Shown piece after piece: positions 7,456 to 14,242 of a stretch of DNA of 14,242 nucleotides. Below the pieces are notes generated by a model that was not told the origin of the DNA, searched no databases, and was given only the letters and a program-made list of their open reading frames with translations. Numbering within the stretch: the first letter of the stretch is position 1; every line of letters begins with the position of its first letter. Origin of the DNA: Amoeboradix gromovi X-113. Lineage: Eukaryota; Fungi; Sanchytriomycota. The position numbers and the translations under genes were made by a program. The stretch is taken from NCBI GenBank assembly GCA_018985225.1, contig JADGIF010000214.1:1-14242 (forward strand), in the 5' to 3' direction.

Positions 7456-8103
7456 TTAAATAAGTAGTAAGACCTCTTTCTCACATCCACTAAGAGATGC
7501 AACCTGTTTTCTTGGAAAAGTGTGAAATAACGTCCCATGTAATTGACTATTAACCTGATTGACTGTACTCGATCTTGGACAAACAAAAGTAGATCTACTT
7601 CCATCTGATCTCCGAATCTGAAGGGTCATGTTATTTGGGTCATTTGGATCCAATTCGGAAGTTAAACCAGGGTGTTCTTCTGGCGTTGAAGATGCTACTG
7701 CAACCGGTGCGCCTAATCTATTCCCTGTCCCAGTAAATGCTTCGAATGGCGGTACATAATCCTCTTCTAACTTTTGAGACGCTTTTAACTCCACCTCTTG
7801 ATTCTGTTCTACATCTAAAATAGCCAAGGGTGCATGTCCACTTTTTAATGACTTCAAAACTATTTTACCTTGTTCGGAATCATGAGTAAAGAATGTTTTA
7901 TGTAATAAGAATCCATTCCTATATATTATAAACTCTCTTACTACTCCTTGGCTCTCATTCACTTGCCTCTGCTCTGCACCTTGTAGTAAGTCCTGGACCA
8001 ATGGATTGTTTGATTGTCTTCCACTGTTGTTTCCATGCACATTTTGCCCACTTCCTACATACAAATCAGGATTATCTTCATCATTCAACGTTCGAATTCT
8101 CAT
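7456..8103 (-). CDS. SHP1: Cdc48/p97 cofactor Shp1/p47 (SEP, SHP box, UBX)
   Basis: SEP domain (IYRNGF...LKSLKSGHAPLAIL...EEDY), SHP box FTGTGNRLG and short UBX (LQIRRSDGSR...HTFPRK). No N-terminal UBA is visible. Confidence 0.88.
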   Translation of the reverse strand: MRIRTLNDEDNPDLYVGSGQNVHGNNSGRQSNNPLVQDLLQGAEQRQVNESQGVVREFIIYRNGFLLHKTFFTHDSEQGKIVLKSLKSGHAPLAILDVEQNQEVELKASQKLEEDYVPPFEAFTGTGNRLGAPVAVASSTPEEHPGLTSELDPNDPNNMTLQIRRSDGSRSTFVCPRSSTVNQVNSQLHGTLFHTFPRKQVASLSGCEKEVLLLI

Positions 8104-8157
8104 TTGATACTTGGGGCAAAGTCCAAGAATCCAATACTACAAAAAATTGAATTTAAT

Positions 8158-10135
8158 TCATTTATTCATCAACATATCCTTAATATCCGTCTTGACTTGC
8201 AGTAATTTATATTCTTCAATGAATTCTTCTTGTCCCAAATACGCTAAATATCCCTTGCGATAATGTGCAAACAATGACTCATGCTGAACAGATTTTCTGG
8301 CCATTGGAAGCATTCTGGCATACTGAAATGCTTCCAACTCTCGACGATACTGCTCCAATTCACTTAGCATCGATGTATCCATGTTATTTTTAACTAATTC
8401 CATAGCAAATTGCTTGTTAAAGTTAGTTAAACAATATAGCTGAGAGTCTAGCTTTAATGCTGCGCAACATTGCAATACCAGCTCGTGATTATTCTGGTCC
8501 AATGCTGCTTGCAATAAACAGGCATACAAATATTCATGCTTGAATGCCATGGCCACTTTTAACGCATTTTGAAGCTGCGACGTATTCAGTAAATCTAGGT
8601 ATTGATACAAATATGATTTGATTGCATTTGATGCTTTAATCTCACCATTTTCCATCTTCAGGATGCATTTGGTATCAAATTCCATTATCTCTTCTATATT
8701 GGTTTGATATTTTACTTGAATTAAAGATTTGATTGCAAAATTGTACTGAATGAATGGATACAACTGATAACACAATGTCGACCCTTTACAGTGACAAAAT
8801 ACGTCTTGTTTACCCCATCTGTAGTCAACAACCTGTTTTTCCACCTGGATGAACTGATGAGTAGAGCTATACAAATATAATCCATTTTTGTCATCCAAAA
8901 CTAGCAGTTTTCCATTTTCGTTTAATTCCATTGATTGCACATTATTTGCATGAGTCACAACATGAGTTGGCTTAATAGAGTAGTCATAAAACGTAATTTC
9001 ATTTAAATGAGCCATGCAGATACACTTTGAATTGGAACTGGATATTGAAGAAGCGAAAACAACGTGCCCCAAGTATTTGCCGTTGATTGTAAAGTAGTGA
9101 CATTTTTTATAATCATCAACCAAGAAAAACGTACTAGATTAATGAAAATTACTTTTTTTGCACGAATATATGCTTAACGTCAAAAGATACATCAAGAGCA
9201 AATTCGCTTTGATTGTAAATAATGATTTTGTTCTTTAGTACTACAAACACAGAGTGTTTTACTATAACTTGTAAAATATTACCTATCGGAACATCAATTG
9301 AATGTATGGTCTTATTTACGATATCATCAATTTCTATTCCATCTCTGAAGTAGACGTGATATCCATATTTGAGTATATCTTTAAAGTAGAAAAGCTTCTC
9401 CTGATTTTCTGATGATATATAATAAATACAACCATTATCTAATGAGTGAATTGCATATACAATTCCTGGTACATTATAGTACTTAAGTGAAGAAAGATTG
9501 TAATCCAATATCCTTAACCTCGATTGCATCCCACAATAAATGAGGTTTAAATGCTCGTTTGCATAAATTGAAAATATTTTGGATTCTAGCTGCACTTCTG
9601 ATTTCAACTTGAACTCCTTATATATCTTCAGTTTGCCATTCATACCGCCAACAAAAACTAGTTTGTTGCAAACGTGTATGCATGATATAATAAAGTTAGT
9701 GTTAAATGTTCTTTTGACATTTGAATATACATCACAAGCATGGAGCTTATCGCAACAAGAATACAAAACTTCGTTACCTATCAAAGCGATTTGAACTATT
9801 GGCAAATAGGATTTCGCAACAGTGGCACGAAGAATGCCAGTTGAGGACCATAACTTAATCATCCCGTCCTCACCACTACTAATAACACAATCGTTAAATG
9901 GGAGAATATTTACTATACTTCCATTGTGAGCATCAATGGCCTTTTCAACTCTTTTGCTGCTAGATAATATAAGAATTTTACCTATGAAAGTACCAATATA
10001 AAACTTGTTGTTATTGTAGCAGCCACTACTGGAATCTAGTTCTAATATTTCAGATTTATTATTGCAGTTCAATCTGTCATTGATGATGGTATAGATCTCT
10101 GATTCAGCTTGAAATATGGTTGGTGATAAAATCAT
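8158..10135 (-). CDS. IFT80: Intraflagellar transport protein IFT80, two exons (10135-9153, 9133-8158; 652 aa)
   Basis: KRVEKAIDAHNG...SSGEDGMIKLWSSTGILRATVA matches IFT80 RVEKSVEAH...[20 protein letters not shown]. C-terminal YLYACL...AAL and HYRKGYLAYLGQEE match the helical tail. The 19-nt intron joins the ORFs as QKNTFFLVDD. Confidence 0.85.
9134..9152 (-). other. 19-nt spliceosomal intron
   Basis: GTAATTTTCATTAATCTAG. Excision removes the TAA and puts ORFs 9149-10135 and 8158-9123 in frame. Confidence 0.88.
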
Positions 10136-10260
10136 AAATCTGTTTCACTTCGTAATCTAACAAATCGCAAAAGTCGATCAGATAGGATATAGCGGTCTGC
10201 TATGGATAGTATTTCCTTCAGAATTTATTTTATTTTTCAAGACCGCTCCTCGTTTGTTGA

Positions 10261-11512
10261 ATGGAAATATTGTCAAAATACAGAAACAAGTATTTGAATT
10301 TTGATGACTACCAGGCATACGCAAAGACATTAACTAAACGCATAAAAAAAGAAAGGAAAAGATCAAATCTTCATGCTGTTAACTTGTTGTCAGTTGAGAA
10401 AAACCTTTCACTGGGCTTGATGCATCAACATCGTCATTTGAAACTTAAAAAGCTAAGAAGAGCCTACCAAATTGGATCTAAAATGACACTGTCTAATTTA
10501 GAATCAATATACTTTCATTGTGTGGCTGGTCTATATTTAACCTATGCAAAAGATTATATCAATGCACATAGGGATATTTCTACGGCTCTTTCATTTTTCA
10601 ACAGCAGTTCTTATAAGTTATTGAATGAATCCTTGATTGAATTCTTTACGGCTTCCAAACAACTTTGTGTTACCTCACTTAGACAAGTTGATTATCAGTT
10701 GCAGTTACTCAACATTAGAACACCTATTGCTGATACTAGCGATAAATTTATGCTGGACGCTAGTCAATCTATATGTCAAGTTGGTTCAAAATCGTTTTAC
10801 TGTGAATCTAGTCTTACTTTGCAACTAACTATTGCTCTTGAAGAGGGTTCTAACATATCTGAGGGTGACTTGAGCAAGCTGCACGCTTCGGTGATAAAAT
10901 CAAATAGTGAACTGAAGTACGATTCTCTCGAAAAACAATACTTGACTATGTGGACTTATTTATATGAGGGAATTACCGATATGTCCTATTGTTTTAGCTC
11001 CGACGATATCTCAGCTGGAAAAAGTGTTTATAGATTTATAAAAAGATTCGAGTATCTTCGCAAAGAGTGCAGCGATCTGCTAGCGGAGAATCACAAATTA
11101 TTAAATTATTGTGGATTGGTAGAAAGCGAGTTAGACTCAATTTATAATGAGATAAAGGAAGGTAGATATAGTAAAATTGAAGCCCTATTAGCAAGACATA
11201 ATTTGGTCAGTGGTTTGCCAAAGCTGCTGGACTTGCAGGCGAATGAAATGAGATATGCTAGGGTTGAGGTAATTATCAATAATGTAGAAAACGGGTATAT
11301 TAAAATATAACGAGCATTTGGGTGCACCATTAAATAAGGACATGAACCTGTCTTTCCCTAACAATCCTGTACTGTCCAAGTACCCAGAATTGCCAGTATG
11401 CAATGCCAAACCTATTTTTTATGATCTTGCATATGATTTGATTGCTACTTGGAAAACTCCTATTGCGCAAGAGCCAAAGAAGTGGTCTCTATTTGGATTA
11501 TTAAATAAATAA
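10261..11512 (+). CDS. SRP68: Signal recognition particle subunit SRP68, two exons (10261-11268, 11288-11512; 410 aa)
   Basis: N-terminal RNKYLNFDDYQAY...KRIKKERK and LKKLRRA, plus C-terminal AKPIFYDLAYD and SLFG in the second ORF, match SRP68 (DYxRY...RR; KPLFFDLA). Confidence 0.82.
11269..11287 (+). other. 19-nt spliceosomal intron
   Basis: GTAATTATCAATAATGTAG, phase 0. Excision puts the KPIFYDLA-containing ORF (11318-11512) in frame. Confidence 0.82.
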
Positions 11513-12289
11513 TTTGTTGCCAACATTTAATGATCTGAAAGCTGTTGAGACACCCGTTCAAATTTCGATATACAAGTACACCGCAGTAAGCGAGCCTGGA
11601 CCACTACAAGATCGCAGAATGTTCTCACATATGCCACCTTTCCCATGTCAGTTACAGCATGATTTATTAGCACCAGCGCCTTTCGTACAATTGAGTAGAT
11701 CAATCAAGAAATAGCTTAACTGCTGATAAAAAGGCTGCATAGATTTGGCTTATTGCGATAACAACCTTTCTGGATTTTTCAGGCACAGTGACTGCCTAAG
11801 AGTCATTCAAGTAGTCTGTTAAGCCTCTACATCAATACCACTGCATTCTTCTTACTATGCTCATTTTCGGTGCAATGTTATGATGACTTCTTTCGTTCAT
11901 AAAGTAGTAAGTATATGATCAAAGCATATAGTTTAAGTGCTGCAGAAATTTGCAGAAACTTAGCGGAAGTAATGATGTTCATTGTGTTACTGACACCAAG
12001 GGCGAGTCAACTACACATTTAAACAGCATACTGTTTATGTAATAAATAGCATTAGCTACATTTATTCCGCTTACTCTTATAAATCTTCAATGTAAGTTCT
12101 TGTTCTAATTTTATATTTGGTCTCACATTTCAAATTGCCAAAAGACACCATTATTGCAATTACTGAATTCTTGACTAAACAAATGTTAATAGCTGGCTTT
12201 CATTTCTGTTTGTATTTATGATACGCGTTCACCCTCAATTTTCTGTTCATAAAGCATGTTACTTTTCTTGATTTTCAAAGGAGGTTGCA

Positions 12290-13021
12290 ATGGGGTTAGT
12301 ATCGCAGATGATGGAAAGTGAGCAGGAAAAAATTGATACTGTAATTATCTCGACAAATAAATGCGGATACAGACTTCGACATTTAATGCTAAGTTTAATC
12401 GATATTTTGCCACATAGCATCAAAGAGTCAAAATGTTCCAGGGTGATGGACTGTTTAGAATTGACAGAGATGAATGAGAGCAAGTACTTTATGTATTTGG
12501 AAGAAAAAAAAGAAGAAGCCTATTTATATTTAGGAGATAGGCTCGGATATGGCATTCAGTTTCAGTTATTGAATGTGCATACATTAGAAGAGCTCAAATT
12601 CAACGGTAATTGTATTAAATACTCCAGAATTTTGCTTAGCTTCTCAGAAGGATTTGATACTCCAGAAATGCAAATGGCAAAGCATCTTATTTCGAGAATT
12701 TTTGACATTCCAAAGATGTCAAAAACTAAGCCCTTTATTGACCACATGATTCATTTTAACACTTGTGACAACAAAATATGGGTGAGACATTTCGAAATGA
12801 AAGACTCTGAAAACTTAGTAGAAATTGGACCTAGAATGACACTTTCCATTTTAAAAGTATTTAGTGGTCCTTGTCGCGGTGAGCTACTCTATTCTAATCC
12901 GGAATATGTTAGCAAACATAAATTAGGAGTTTATGAGAGAAAGATTTCAAAAAAAAACGCCGTTAGAGAAAAAACAAACATCGTGCCGGATGTTGTAGAT
13001 GATTCAATTTTCCAAAAGTAG
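12290..13021 (+). CDS. BRX1: Ribosome biogenesis protein Brx1 (Brix domain)
   Basis: YRLRHLM...LPHSIKESK, NVHTLEELKFNGNCIKYSRILLSF, KTKPFIDH, DNKIWVR, LVEIGPR and LYSNP. The start could be ATG 12290 or about 12308. Confidence 0.93.
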   Translation: MGLVSQMMESEQEKIDTVIISTNKCGYRLRHLMLSLIDILPHSIKESKCSRVMDCLELTEMNESKYFMYLEEKKEEAYLYLGDRLGYGIQFQLLNVHTLEELKFNGNCIKYSRILLSFSEGFDTPEMQMAKHLISRIFDIPKMSKTKPFIDHMIHFNTCDNKIWVRHFEMKDSENLVEIGPRMTLSILKVFSGPCRGELLYSNPEYVSKHKLGVYERKISKKNAVREKTNIVPDVVDDSIFQK

Positions 13022-13456
13022 TTATTTCCATAATAAACATTAAAGCATTCTTTATTGGTCGCGTATTCATAATCCTTTACTTAGTTTCTCCTTAAAAAGT
13101 TGGTATCATCTCCTGAATTTGCAAAATTCTGTGAAAGTTACTGATGGAAATCATGAAAGACCAATTTTGCATGGAAGAAATTATATTAGAACTGCTTCGC
13201 CTAATTCAAAGTTGATAGAATATGACCCAGTTAACTAAAAGTTAGTATTAAGAGGCCGTCTTCAACATTAATAATCCTAGTATAGCAGCACAGCATAATT
13301 TCAATGACCAATATGCAGAGTCCAATCTCTTTGGTTGGCCAATTTGTGTGGATTACTTTGAAACCCAATCAAATCCTTGTTTCAAATTAGCATCAAGCGA
13401 ATCAACAGGGGGGTCTGAATCCATAAATAGCCGTGTCCCTTAATACTGCTATCATA

Positions 13457-14113
13457 ATGGTTACTCAAAGATTTGAATATTTGTACACTAATGACACCCC
13501 AGACAGTGTTAAATGTGCAAAATGTCATCAGATTCCAGAAAGAGTGTATCGAGATTTGGAATTAGAATTGCTGTTTTGTCAAAACTGCAGATCTCCATCT
13601 AGCATGTATGACACATACTTACAGAGCATTCTAGATCATTGCTTAGTGATGTGTCCAAACAAGGACTGCGATTTAGTTTGCAAGCGAGGTGAGCTCCTGT
13701 CGCATTTAGCAGATCAATGTGAAAGACAAGTTATGCCTTGCGTTAATGGAGATATTGGATGCACATGGTACAGCGAAAAAGCTAACCATCCGTCACACAA
13801 GTGTCAATTCGATTTCATTGCTACACAATTACGATCGATGATGGGTATGATTCGTGAATCGCAGTCTTTAAAAAGAGACAACGATTTGTTAAGAATGAGA
13901 ATTGATCACCTAGAGTCATCAGAGTTCGAAGTGAAGTTAGTGCCGGCACCAGTAGTTTATGAGGCTGAGACCGTCGATTACTCACCACCAGTAGTAGTAT
14001 GCAAAAAGTCTAAAGTTCAAAAACCAAAAAACCCAGTAGCCTTGGACCTTAATGAATTACACGAAAGAATCTTTCAAGAATTGCAACAGCGACTAAAAGT
14101 ACGGGTCCAATAA
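13457..14113 (+). CDS. TRAF/SIAH-type zinc-finger protein with degenerate RING and coiled coil
   Basis: CAKC...FCQNC, then CPNKDC...LLSHLADQC and CVNGDIGCTW...SHKC TRAF-like fingers, then a coiled coil (LKRDNDLLRMRIDHLE). First ATG at 13457. Confidence 0.8.
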   Translation: MVTQRFEYLYTNDTPDSVKCAKCHQIPERVYRDLELELLFCQNCRSPSSMYDTYLQSILDHCLVMCPNKDCDLVCKRGELLSHLADQCERQVMPCVNGDIGCTWYSEKANHPSHKCQFDFIATQLRSMMGMIRESQSLKRDNDLLRMRIDHLESSEFEVKLVPAPVVYEAETVDYSPPVVVCKKSKVQKPKNPVALDLNELHERIFQELQQRLKVRVQ

Positions 14114-14242
14114 GTAAACTAGTTAAAATTAATCTGTTGCAACTTTCTTTACATTTCGATTCATTTGGGACACCAAATATAAAAACTAGACTAACTCGTT
14201 TTTATAGGAGGTGCTCCATACGGAGGATATGCTGTCATTAAC

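Noticed and set aside
11284-11314. Alternative 31-nt SRP68 intron
   Set aside because: It needs a GAG acceptor. The 19-nt GTAA...TAG intron gives the same frame and matches the other two introns.
11514-11714. 66-aa ORF and a Cys-rich antisense frame (KSCCN*HGKGGIC), vaguely hevein-like
   Set aside because: TTG start directly after the SRP68 stop; the antisense frame has stops and wrong Cys spacing.
11880-11993. ATGATGA...CTGA, a possible box C/D snoRNA
   Set aside because: No convincing terminal stem and no rRNA/snRNA complement I can recognise; a snoscan or Infernal search would be needed.
12129-12221. F-box-like peptide FKLPKDTIIAITEFLTKQML
   Set aside because: No start codon or valid splice acceptor and an early stop; at most an unassignable pseudogene scrap.
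1707-12747. Short ORFs antisense to or nested in real genes (1707-1913, 3377-3634, 4454-4774, 7422-7604, 8014-8205, 9579-9794, 10637-10828, 11142-11409, 12259-12483, 12562-12747)
   Set aside because: Shadow frames of well-supported genes, with no motifs of their own.
13030-13424. Coding-like minus-strand stretch beginning MDSDPPVDSLDANLKQGFDWVSK*
   Set aside because: Multiple stops, no tiny-intron signature that rescues it, and no identifiable family.

Overview
AT-rich, gene-dense eukaryotic DNA in the standard genetic code, most likely a compact-genome zoosporic (early-diverging) fungus. This is inferred from fungal-type Tim54 and NoxR plus a very divergent IFT80; a sanchytrid-like lineage is plausible but not provable here. 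Ten host genes are supported: TIM54, a coiled-coil protein with a Swi6/Mbp1-like C-terminus, YPI1, an IBB-less importin-alpha-like protein, NoxR, SHP1/p47, IFT80, SRP68, BRX1 and a TRAF-type zinc-finger protein. Three of them are split by 19-20 nt GT-AG introns that restore frame and homology. The intergenic DNA holds relics of RNA-guided OMEGA transposons. There are two internally deleted IS607-type elements (561-~1125 minus; ~5584-6077 plus), each keeping the left end, the TnpA HTH start and the Fanzor2/TnpB 3' end with the presumed omegaRNA. A third, more divergent 3'-end unit (6074-6240) lies in tandem with the second, so the predicted guide of the second element is the RuvC-III-coding sequence of a sister Fanzor. 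A probable Fanzor1 N-terminal remnant lies at 206-478. All family assignments come from hand translation and motif recognition, not database searches.
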